Of a stretch of 64,000 nt of DNA, positions 9,474 to 17,079 are shown piece after piece; the stretch's first letter is position 1, and each line of letters opens with the position of its first letter. The stretch is from Candidatus Beckwithbacteria bacterium CG10_big_fil_rev_8_21_14_0_10_34_10. Lineage in GTDB: Bacteria; Patescibacteriota; Microgenomatia; UBA1400. Below the pieces are notes generated by a model. The model had not been told where the DNA came from and searched no databases. It saw nothing but the letters and a program-made list of their open reading frames with translations. The stretch is taken from positions 11,655-75,654 of the forward strand of contig PEZT01000016.1 of the NCBI GenBank assembly GCA_002773945.1. The letters run 5' to 3'. The translations under genes were made by a program, and so were the position numbers.

Positions 9474-10220
9474 CTAATAAACTCTAGTCTTCATCAAACT
9501 CTCAGCTTTTTTAAGCTGATCTTTAGTATTAATTCCTTGAAAATATTCCCCCTTAGAAACCTTTAAACTCCCAACTTTCTTATTTTTCTTAATGGCCAAA
9601 CTAACAATATCCGTCAAGTAGTATTCTTTTTTAATCGGGTCTTTTTTTATTAACCTTAAATATTTTTTTATAAACTCGACTTTAAAACAATAACAGCCAG
9701 TGTTAATTTCTTTAATTTTCTTTTGGGTGGCAGTAGTACTTTTTTCCTCAATAATACCTTTTAGCTTCCCTTTTTCATCTCTTATAATTCTTCCCAAGCC
9801 AAAAGGGTTTTTTTTAACAACAGTTAAAATAGACAAGTCTTTTTTATTTAATAAATGATATTTTAAAAGCCTTTTAATCACTCCAGAAGGATAAAAAGCC
9901 GTATCATCAGAATAACAGACAAAAATATTTTTCGTTTTTAGGGGAATTTCTTTTAAGGCGCATTTTAAGGCGTGCGCAGTTCCCAGTCTTCTTCTTTGGT
10001 CAACATAAATTAGCTTTTTTCCAAAATATTTAATGATTGAGTCTTTTTTAAAACCAACTACTAGAAGAATTTTTTCAAGTCCCACATTATTTAAAAGATC
10101 AATTGTATAGCCAATCATGGGCTTGCCTGCCAAAGGATACATGACTTTGTTTATATTCCGGGCATTAATTCTAGAGCCTTTGCCAGCCGCTAAAACAACG
10201 GCCATCATATTCTTAATCAT
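9474..10220 (-). CDS. Stand-alone GlmU N-terminal-type sugar-1-phosphate uridyltransferase
   Basis: LAAGKGSR, LGTAHA, GLGRIIR, EINTG, EYYLTD, GINT; ends before any hexapeptide domain. Confidence 0.85.
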   Translation of the reverse strand: MIKNMMAVVLAAGKGSRINARNINKVMYPLAGKPMIGYTIDLLNNVGLEKILLVVGFKKDSIIKYFGKKLIYVDQRRRLGTAHALKCALKEIPLKTKNIFVCYSDDTAFYPSGVIKRLLKYHLLNKKDLSILTVVKKNPFGLGRIIRDEKGKLKGIIEEKSTTATQKKIKEINTGCYCFKVEFIKKYLRLIKKDPIKKEYYLTDIVSLAIKKNKKVGSLKVSKGEYFQGINTKDQLKKAESLMKTRVY

Positions 10221-10756
10221 AGTTTATTTATCTCTCTAAAACTTGTTATTATTAAATCAGGTTTAAATAAAATATTTTCTAAATGGTTTTTTTCATCCTT
10301 TTTTTTATTCCGCCAGACCAAAACAGTTTTTATTGTACCATTTATTGATTTGGCTGTCTTTAGGTTTTCTAACTTATCATCAAAATACCAAATTTCCAAA
10401 TCAGGGGGAATCTTTTGGAAAATATTTTTTAGCTTTTTTGCTTTTGGAGGTGAAAAAATATAGGAGTTTTTAGAACTAAAGAATTTATTAAGCCCAGAAG
10501 CTTTAAGTTTATATCGCTGTCCCCTGATATCTCCTTGAGAAAATAGATAAATCTTATTTCCTTTTTTCAACCAACCATTAAGCTTAGGGTAAACATCTTT
10601 ATACACTAGATCCTGAGGTTCAATTTCTGTCCAATTAATTCTTTTAACTATTTTTAAACAAAAAGGTTCACCCTTTTTATATCCCTTATCTATCCTTTTT
10701 AAAAAATCGGTATTAAATAAAACTCTGTCTAAATCAAAAATTAAAGCTTTTTTCAT
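10217..10756 (-). CDS. HAD-superfamily phosphohydrolase/phosphotransferase
   Basis: Motif I FDLDRVL, motif II LFSQG, motif IV YFDDK, C-terminal PDLIITS. Confidence 0.8.
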   Translation of the reverse strand: MKKALIFDLDRVLFNTDFLKRIDKGYKKGEPFCLKIVKRINWTEIEPQDLVYKDVYPKLNGWLKKGNKIYLFSQGDIRGQRYKLKASGLNKFFSSKNSYIFSPPKAKKLKNIFQKIPPDLEIWYFDDKLENLKTAKSINGTIKTVLVWRNKKKDEKNHLENILFKPDLIITSFREINKL

Positions 10757-11376
10757 AGATTTGGTTTTAAAATTGAATTACTGGAATAAAATCCTGGTTT
10801 TGGATTATATAAGGGATAAACTAAACAACTTTTTCCTAAAACAGTTCCTGGGTTTAAACAACAATTTATTCCCAGTTGGCTATTATCACCAATAATGGCT
10901 CCAAATTTTCTAAAGCCTGTAGAAATAAGTTTTTCCTTGTCCTTAATTTTTATTTCTTTTTTATCAAACCTGAAATTGGCTATTTTACTCCCGCCGCCAA
11001 AATTAACCTTGTTTCCAATCAGGCTATCACTAATATAATTAAAGTGTTTGGCAGAAGACCTGGACATAATAATGGAGTTTTTAATTTCACTCCTGCCTAA
11101 TTTACAATTGTCACCAATAATGACGGGTCCTCTTAAATAAGTAAAGGGTCCAATTTGACAATTAGAACCTATAATAACCTGGCCTTCAATTTGAACTGTT
11201 TTATCAATTATTGACTGAGCACCAACAAGAATTTTCTTTTTACTGGATTTCAGCTTTTGGCTAACATATTTATCCAGCTTTGCTAAGGCTTGCCAGGGAA
11301 AAATAATGTTTTTAAAAATTTCTATTTCTGAAAATTTTTTTAAATCAAAAAAATAGGGGGTCTTAGGAAACTTCAT
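10753..11376 (-). CDS. Stand-alone left-handed beta-helix acetyltransferase resembling the archaeal-type GlmU C-terminal domain
   Basis: Hexapeptide repeats; YLRGPVIIG, SEIKNS, HFNYISDSLIG, ANFRFD, RKFGAIIGD, NPGT. Confidence 0.8.
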   Translation of the reverse strand: MKFPKTPYFFDLKKFSEIEIFKNIIFPWQALAKLDKYVSQKLKSSKKKILVGAQSIIDKTVQIEGQVIIGSNCQIGPFTYLRGPVIIGDNCKLGRSEIKNSIIMSRSSAKHFNYISDSLIGNKVNFGGGSKIANFRFDKKEIKIKDKEKLISTGFRKFGAIIGDNSQLGINCCLNPGTVLGKSCLVYPLYNPKPGFYSSNSILKPNL

Positions 11377-12587
11377 TTTTTAAGCCTTTCTTTTAAAGCT
11401 TTGGTAACTGCTTTTTTATCAGACCAGGGGATTTCTTTTGTCCCAAAACACATTGATTCTTCATGACCTTTTCCAAAAATACCGACAAGGTCTTTTCTAC
11501 CAGCCATTTTAATAGCTAAATTAATAGCTTTCTGTCTATCTTTTTCAATTATTAATTTATTTTTGTCTTGACAACCCGAGCTTATTTCTTTAATAATTTT
11601 ATCCAAGCTTTCAGTCCGAGGATCTTCAGCTGTTAAGACTACTTTATCAGCCAGATTACAGGCAATTTTTCCCATCATTGGTCTTTTTTCTCGATCCCTT
11701 AAGCCAGCCGAGCCAAAAACTGCTATTAATCGGCCCTTTTTATCAATTCTTAAGGTTTTCAGGACGTTTTCCAAAGCATTAGGTGTATGAGCAAAATCAA
11801 CCATCACTTTAAAGTTTTGACCTAGGTAAATTTCCTCCATCCGACCTTCAACTCCTTTAAAATTACTTACCGCCCTTAAAATATTTTTATTAGGAATCTT
11901 TAGGATTTTTCCAACACTAATAGCCGCCAAACAATTAGCCAGATTAAAATTGCCTTTTAAATTAGTTTTAAATTGGTAGTTCAAAAGGTTATAGTCACCT
12001 TTTTTAAGTCCGTAAGAAATGATTCTCCCTAAAGATTGGCTTTTAAAATCCTCAAAACTTTGATCATCAATATTTAAAACTGAAAAACCGCTTTTTTTAA
12101 ACAGCTTGGCTTTAGCTTTAAGATAATTTTCTTTAGTCTTGTGATAATCCAAATGCTCATGAGAAACATTAGTTAAAACCGATATCTTAAAGTCGATTCC
12201 TAAAAAACGATACTGGTCCAGACCATGAGAAGTCACTTCTAAAACTAAGTATTCATAGCCTTTATTTAAGATGAGTTTAAGAATTTTTTGTAATTTCCAA
12301 GGATCTGGTGAAGTTACATGGAGGCCGGTGGAGAGATTCTGATCACCAATTTTGGCGGAAACTGTGGTTATTAAAGCAGTTTTGTAATTAGCTTTTTTTA
12401 AAATTTCGTAAATTAGCGTGCTTGTGGTTGTTTTGCCGTCAGTCCCAGTCACCCCAATAATCTTTAATTTTTTCCCGGGAAAGCGGTAATACAAAGCCGC
12501 TAAAAATGCCATAGGTAAATGGTAAAAAGTATTAATTACTTTCTGGGAAATTAAATTTTTTAAAAAACTAATTAATTTTTTTATCAT
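11373..12587 (-). CDS. murE: UDP-MurNAc-dipeptide--amino acid ligase
   Basis: GVTGTDGKTTT, LEVTSHGLDQ, EHLDYH, VDFAHTP, RDREKRP, AEDPR, GKGHE. Confidence 0.94.
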   Translation of the reverse strand: MIKKLISFLKNLISQKVINTFYHLPMAFLAALYYRFPGKKLKIIGVTGTDGKTTTSTLIYEILKKANYKTALITTVSAKIGDQNLSTGLHVTSPDPWKLQKILKLILNKGYEYLVLEVTSHGLDQYRFLGIDFKISVLTNVSHEHLDYHKTKENYLKAKAKLFKKSGFSVLNIDDQSFEDFKSQSLGRIISYGLKKGDYNLLNYQFKTNLKGNFNLANCLAAISVGKILKIPNKNILRAVSNFKGVEGRMEEIYLGQNFKVMVDFAHTPNALENVLKTLRIDKKGRLIAVFGSAGLRDREKRPMMGKIACNLADKVVLTAEDPRTESLDKIIKEISSGCQDKNKLIIEKDRQKAINLAIKMAGRKDLVGIFGKGHEESMCFGTKEIPWSDKKAVTKALKERLKK

Positions 12588-12630
12588 TTTTTATGTTAAT
12601 AAAAAATTAAATTGAATTGTATTTAATTTA

Positions 12631-12659
12631 ATATAATATTCTTATTAAGAATATTATAT
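12631..12659. repeat. Perfect 14-bp inverted repeat between ftsI and murE
   Basis: ATATAATATTCTTA-T-TAAGAATATTATAT. Confidence 0.85.
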
Positions 12660-12669
12660 AACAACTAGG

Positions 12670-14424
12670 CTAACTTGGAGGAATTCCATAATATAGTAAA
12701 AGTTCTTTAGTAATGGAAAAAAATAAAGGGGCGGCTGTTTCTGATCCCCAAGGAGATGAGCTTGGTTCTCTTAATTTAACTAACATTACAAATTTAGGTT
12801 CTTTGGCCGGGGCAAAACCTACAAAAGAAGCAATTGTTTTTTCTGTATCATAGTGTCCAGCGACTGGAATCTGGGCCGTACCCGTTTTACCGGCCACCTG
12901 ATAGCCTTTTATTTTTAACCACTTTGTTTCTCCTTTTTCCACTGCCTGAACCATCATTTCAGTTATTATCTTGGCTGTTTTTGGCTTAATTACTTCTCTT
13001 AATACTTCTGGCTCAATTTTTATTCTCTCACCTGAAGAAATTATTTCCTTGACTACCTGAGGCTTCATTAGTTTGCCGCCATTAGCAATCGCTCCAGTGG
13101 CTCTTAAAAGCTGAGTCCCACTAACCGCTAAACCCTGACCAAAAGAAGCCGTCGCTAAATCAACATTGTTCCAAAAACTCTTATCTTTTAAAAGCGCTTC
13201 TGTTTCTCCCTGAAGATCAATCTCTGTTAAACTACCAAAACCAAAATCAGTTAAATACTGAAAAAAATCATCCAGGCCAAGCTTCCGCGAAACAAAAACC
13301 ATTCCTAAATTATCTGAGTTCTGAATCACCTTGTCCATGGTGGAATCAGGATGATATTTTTCATCCCAGGTTTTAATTTCATATTTATCAATCTTTAAAG
13401 GCTTATCACAAATATCGCACTTGGTATTACTTTTGACTACCTCTTTATCTAGGGCAGCAGCCATCACAAAAATCTTGAAAGTTGAACCTGGCTCATATGA
13501 ATCAGAAATAAGATCATTTATAAACTTATCTTTATCAAAGAGATAATATTTCTTAGGATCAAAACTGGGGTAATTGGCTAAAGCAATCACTCCTCCTGTC
13601 CAGGGATCCATAATCATAACTGAACCTGATTTAGCCCCATATTTTTCCACGGCTTTTTCAAGCTTTTCTTCAACCATAAATTGAATTGACCGATTGAGAT
13701 GAAGGACCAAATTTTGGCCATCTTTTTTTTCCTGACTGAAAAAAGAACCAATTAAAATCGGTTTGTTAGCCGCATCAGTTTCTTGAGTTAAAAGACCTTG
13801 TCTGCCCCTAAGCTCATTATCATAATAGCCTTCCAAGCCAAAATAGCCGGTGTCTTGTCCGGCTTCATTTTTTCCCAAAAAACCTAAAAGATGAGCCGCC
13901 ATAGAAGCTTCAGGATAATAACGGATTTGCTCCTCTTCAAAACCCAAACCTTTAAGCTTCAAATCTTCTATTTTTTCTTTATCTTCCTTAAGGATCTTAT
14001 GTTTAAGAATCACCCAGGATAAATTATCCAACTGAAGTTTTTCTAAAAGATTTTCCTCTTCTTTTTTGATTAAATCCTTTTTCAAGGGCTTTTTTTTACC
14101 CTCTTGACTGGCTTCCTCTTCAAAAAAAGTAAAAGGGGCTAATTTTAAAGCTATCTCTTTTACTGGTTTATTAATTTCTCTTAAAGAAGTAAAAAGCAAA
14201 TAAGCGGTTTTATTACTGGCTAAAGGAAAGTTGTCACTGGCTAGAATTTCCCCTCTTTTAGACTGGATCTCTTTTTCAGAATAATATTGGTTTTTGGCTA
14301 AATTAGCCAGACTTTCTCGGGCTAAAACCTGCCAATAAAAAAGCCGGGAAATAATTGCTATAAAAAGAAGGATAAAAATAATCTTCAGGCTTTGTAAGCG
14401 CCAAAAAAAAGGCGGTTTTTTCAT
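12670..14424 (-). CDS. ftsI: Class B penicillin-binding protein (FtsI-like)
   Basis: N-terminal TM, RGEI, RYYP, GLEG; catalytic EPGSTFK, SDN, KTG; follows mraZ-rsmH-ftsL. Confidence 0.92.
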   Translation of the reverse strand: MKKPPFFWRLQSLKIIFILLFIAIISRLFYWQVLARESLANLAKNQYYSEKEIQSKRGEILASDNFPLASNKTAYLLFTSLREINKPVKEIALKLAPFTFFEEEASQEGKKKPLKKDLIKKEEENLLEKLQLDNLSWVILKHKILKEDKEKIEDLKLKGLGFEEEQIRYYPEASMAAHLLGFLGKNEAGQDTGYFGLEGYYDNELRGRQGLLTQETDAANKPILIGSFFSQEKKDGQNLVLHLNRSIQFMVEEKLEKAVEKYGAKSGSVMIMDPWTGGVIALANYPSFDPKKYYLFDKDKFINDLISDSYEPGSTFKIFVMAAALDKEVVKSNTKCDICDKPLKIDKYEIKTWDEKYHPDSTMDKVIQNSDNLGMVFVSRKLGLDDFFQYLTDFGFGSLTEIDLQGETEALLKDKSFWNNVDLATASFGQGLAVSGTQLLRATGAIANGGKLMKPQVVKEIISSGERIKIEPEVLREVIKPKTAKIITEMMVQAVEKGETKWLKIKGYQVAGKTGTAQIPVAGHYDTEKTIASFVGFAPAKEPKFVMLVKLREPSSSPWGSETAAPLFFSITKELLLYYGIPPS

Positions 14425-14810
14425 TAGGGATTAAGAGCGACTGGAACTTTACTGCTTAGATTTTTAACCATTGGATTTTTATTAAAACCTTTTTCTAAAG
14501 CCATATCTTCTAGTTTAGCCAAGCCGCCTCTTGAAGCGGTCTCACTTTTTACCTGGCTGTTTCTTTCCTCAATTAAGGCTATTTCTTTTTCAATTAGTTT
14601 TAAGTTCCTACCATAAGTCGCCAACCGATTAGAAAGGTAAATTTGGGCCAGAGATAAAATCGCCACTAAAACAAAAGGCAGAAAATATAACAAGTTGCCT
14701 TTGGTTATATTTTTACTGCTACCCTTAGCTTGGCGCTTCTTGAGCGTCGATTTTCTTCCCGCTCCTTTAGAGTGGGAACAACCACCTTTTTGGTTAAAAT
14801 CTGTAAGCAC
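14424..14810 (-). CDS. ftsL: FtsL-like cell division protein (start uncertain)
   Basis: One TM helix then coiled coil, located between rsmH and ftsI. Start could be GTG 14810, ATA 14708 or a later TTG. Confidence 0.65.
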   Translation of the reverse strand: MLTDFNQKGGCSHSKGAGRKSTLKKRQAKGSSKNITKGNLLYFLPFVLVAILSLAQIYLSNRLATYGRNLKLIEKEIALIEERNSQVKSETASRGGLAKLEDMALEKGFNKNPMVKNLSSKVPVALNP

Positions 14811-15610
14811 TTTTCAGTTTCTCCTTTTTTAAAATAATTTTTAACTATTTTATCTTCTAAACCGTGAAAGCTTATAACTACTAACCGGCCACCTGATTCT
14901 AATACCCTGGCCGCTTGTTTTAATCCCTTTTTTAAATTGTTTAACTCATCATTAACAGCTATTCTTAGACTTAAAAAAACTTTAGTCGCCGGGTGAATCT
15001 TGCTTCTCCCCCTGTATTTCCGCCAATATACTTTTTTGACAATCTCCGCTAGTTGTCTAGTAGTCCTAATTGGCTCTCTTTTCCTATCCAAAACAACCGC
15101 TTTAGCAATTGGTAAAGAAAGTGGTTCTTCACCCATTTCAGAAAAAAGTTTAATAAGTTCTTTTTCATGTAAGCCATTTATTAAATCTCCTGCTTTAACT
15201 TTTAAACTCGGGTCCATCCGCATATCTAAAGATTCATCAATTTGAAAAGAAAACCCTCTTTCATCCGTCTCTAGCTGATGGGAGGAAACTCCTAAATCAA
15301 ACAGGATCCCGGAAACTTTAGAAATCTTATTTTTTTTAAGGATTTCCTCTAAATTAGCAAAGTTTCCCTGGCAAATAGTATAAGAAGCATTAGGGCAGAC
15401 ATTTTTAAAATGCTTCTTAACATATGCTATTGCCTCTGGGTCTTGGTCTAAGCCAAAAACATGACCTCCTTTCTTAATGATCCTTAAACTGTGACCACCG
15501 CCACCCAAAGTGGCATCTAGATAAAGCTTGCCTGGCTTTACCTTTAAAAATTCTACTGCTTCATTTAAAAGTACTGGCTGATGAAATAGTCTATTTTTGG
15601 TCACCTTCAT
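14705..15610 (-). CDS. rsmH: 16S rRNA m4C1402 methyltransferase
   Basis: HQPVLL, DATLGGGGH, DLGVSS, LDMRMD, HPATK, ISFHGLED, RSRSAKLR. Start set at the second Met (track gives 15634). Confidence 0.96.
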   Translation of the reverse strand: MKVTKNRLFHQPVLLNEAVEFLKVKPGKLYLDATLGGGGHSLRIIKKGGHVFGLDQDPEAIAYVKKHFKNVCPNASYTICQGNFANLEEILKKNKISKVSGILFDLGVSSHQLETDERGFSFQIDESLDMRMDPSLKVKAGDLINGLHEKELIKLFSEMGEEPLSLPIAKAVVLDRKREPIRTTRQLAEIVKKVYWRKYRGRSKIHPATKVFLSLRIAVNDELNNLKKGLKQAARVLESGGRLVVISFHGLEDKIVKNYFKKGETEKCLQILTKKVVVPTLKEREENRRSRSAKLRVAVKI

Positions 15611-16028
15611 CAAGCCTCTGACTAATTTTTTCAATATTTCCCTTTAAATATTCCTGATGTTCCTCCCAATCATTTAAATTCCACATTTCCACCCGGTTTC
15701 CCATGCCTACAAAAACAATCTGTTCTCCTAGTGAAGCATAAGAGCGCAAAGGGGGAGGCACAATAAATCTTCCCTGAGAATCAAGTTCAATTTCAAAAGC
15801 ATTGCCTAAAAGATACCGGTCTGTTTCTCGAGCGGCTCCAGAGATAAAAGGTTTATTAACAATCCCACCGGCTACCTTTTCCCAAGAAGAATATTTAACA
15901 ATCATTAAGGATTTTTCAAAACCGGCCGTAATAATGACTTTTTTACCTAGAAGTGAACGAAATTTAGCTGGTAAAGCTGTTCTTCCTTTATCTGAATCTA
16001 ATTTAGCTGAAAAATTACCGATTAACAT
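15591..16028 (-). CDS. mraZ: Division/cell-wall cluster transcriptional repressor
   Basis: Two AbrB-like DxxGR repeats (DSDKGR, DSQGR), GMGNRVEMW; first gene of the cluster. Confidence 0.95.
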   Translation of the reverse strand: MLIGNFSAKLDSDKGRTALPAKFRSLLGKKVIITAGFEKSLMIVKYSSWEKVAGGIVNKPFISGAARETDRYLLGNAFEIELDSQGRFIVPPPLRSYASLGEQIVFVGMGNRVEMWNLNDWEEHQEYLKGNIEKISQRLDEGDQK

Positions 16029-16031
16029 TGC

Positions 16032-16066
16032 TCCCCTTTACACCACTTTATTCCACTATCATCCAT
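16032..16066 (-). promoter_or_regulatory. MraZ-binding direct repeats (dcw boxes)
   Basis: Minus strand ATGGA-tgata-GTGGA-ataaa-GTGGT-gtaaa-GGGGA at exact 10-bp spacing just upstream of mraZ; perfect TTGACA at 16088-16093. Confidence 0.8.
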
Positions 16067-16118
16067 TTTTATATATTTTCACGGGCATGTCAAGAGGGAA
16101 ATTAATTTAAATTGAAGT

Positions 16119-16147
16119 ATTATAGAAAGATAGTTTCCCCATGTTAA
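16119..16147 (-). promoter_or_regulatory. Sigma70-type promoter facing mraZ
   Basis: TTAACA (16147-16142), 17 bp, TATAAT (16124-16119). Confidence 0.65.
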
Positions 16148-16166
16148 CGCGCTAATATTGCTCATT

Positions 16167-16200
16167 AAAAAAAAGAAGCGTCGCTATTGACACTCTTTTT
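16167..16200 (-). terminator. Intrinsic terminator
   Basis: Minus-strand RNA AAAAAGAGUGUC-AAUAGC-GACGCUUC followed by U8; a G.U pair favours the minus strand. Confidence 0.65.
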
Positions 16201-16218
16201 AATAAACAATTAAATAAG

Positions 16219-16247
16219 ATTATACTAAGAAGCTTCTCCTTAGTCAA
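16219..16247 (-). promoter_or_regulatory. Near-consensus sigma70 promoter
   Basis: TTGACT (16247-16242), 17 bp, TATAAT (16224-16219); spacer contains the palindrome AGAAGCTTCT. Confidence 0.7.
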
Positions 16248-16275
16248 TACTATGGGTTAATAAAAAAGGGTTATC

Positions 16276-17079
16276 TTAATTAACTAATACAAAGGTAGTT
16301 AGATTGTTAATAAGAGTAGAATAACCCTCAGTTACTTTTTCTACTTCATATTCTTGCCATTCTGTTCCATCCCAGCCTAAAATCATGGGGTTTTCTAAAT
16401 CTTTATCTGTTTTAAAAGTTAGTTTACTTTTAGTTAGGTTTGTTTTGCTGGCAGTAAAAAATCCAATTGGTCCAGAAACTACTTCTCCTTTTACTTCTTT
16501 AGGTAAGCCCATAGTTGAGGAAACTACTAAAAAGGTGCTTTCAGATAAATCACCTTTTTCTATTTCTAAAGTTACCTTAGCATCTCTGGAACTAAAAATT
16601 CCTTTTTTTTCTAGCATTGTCCCAATAGTAAATTCACCTTTAAGGCTGTAATCTTCACTCCCTTCAAAGTAGAGGGTTAAACTGCCTCCAGTAACATCTT
16701 CATCGTAGCGGCATTTTCCTTTAGAACAAGAGCCTAAAAGGAGCCCTTTTCTAACTGGCGGTTTCTCTTCTAAAAAATCTATTCTTCCAAAAGCGCCTTG
16801 AATCATAGTCCCGGCTTGGTATTCCAGTTCATATTCTACTAGTTCTTCTTTTAACTTTAAGTTTTCAATGTTTAAGAACAATTCCCGACCATCCGTTCGA
16901 GGAATTAGGGTAATATAGGGTCTTTTTGTAAGTTCTAAAAGGTTAACTTCTTGTCTTTTTTTAGTCACCACTTGTTTAGTTTCTTCTGTTTTTTTCTTAT
17001 TTTTAATGGTTTTATAACCAAAAAAGCCAGCTGTTCCCAATAGAATAACACTAAGAATAATAATGATAATCTTTTTCAT
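16276..17079 (-). CDS. Hypothetical membrane-anchored extracytoplasmic protein
   Basis: N-terminal TM/signal, beta-rich body, CSKGKC Cys pair; start overlaps the glyQS stop. Confidence 0.8.
   Translation of the reverse strand: MKKIIIIILSVILLGTAGFFGYKTIKNKKKTEETKQVVTKKRQEVNLLELTKRPYITLIPRTDGRELFLNIENLKLKEELVEYELEYQAGTMIQGAFGRIDFLEEKPPVRKGLLLGSCSKGKCRYDEDVTGGSLTLYFEGSEDYSLKGEFTIGTMLEKKGIFSSRDAKVTLEIEKGDLSESTFLVVSSTMGLPKEVKGEVVSGPIGFFTASKTNLTKSKLTFKTDKDLENPMILGWDGTEWQEYEVEKVTEGYSTLINNLTTFVLVN

Noticed and set aside
12591-12604. TTATGTTAATAAAA, similar to the XerD arm of dif and repeated at 49037-49050
   Set aside because: No XerC arm at 6-bp spacing at either site; AT-rich chance match, and the second copy overlaps a -10 element
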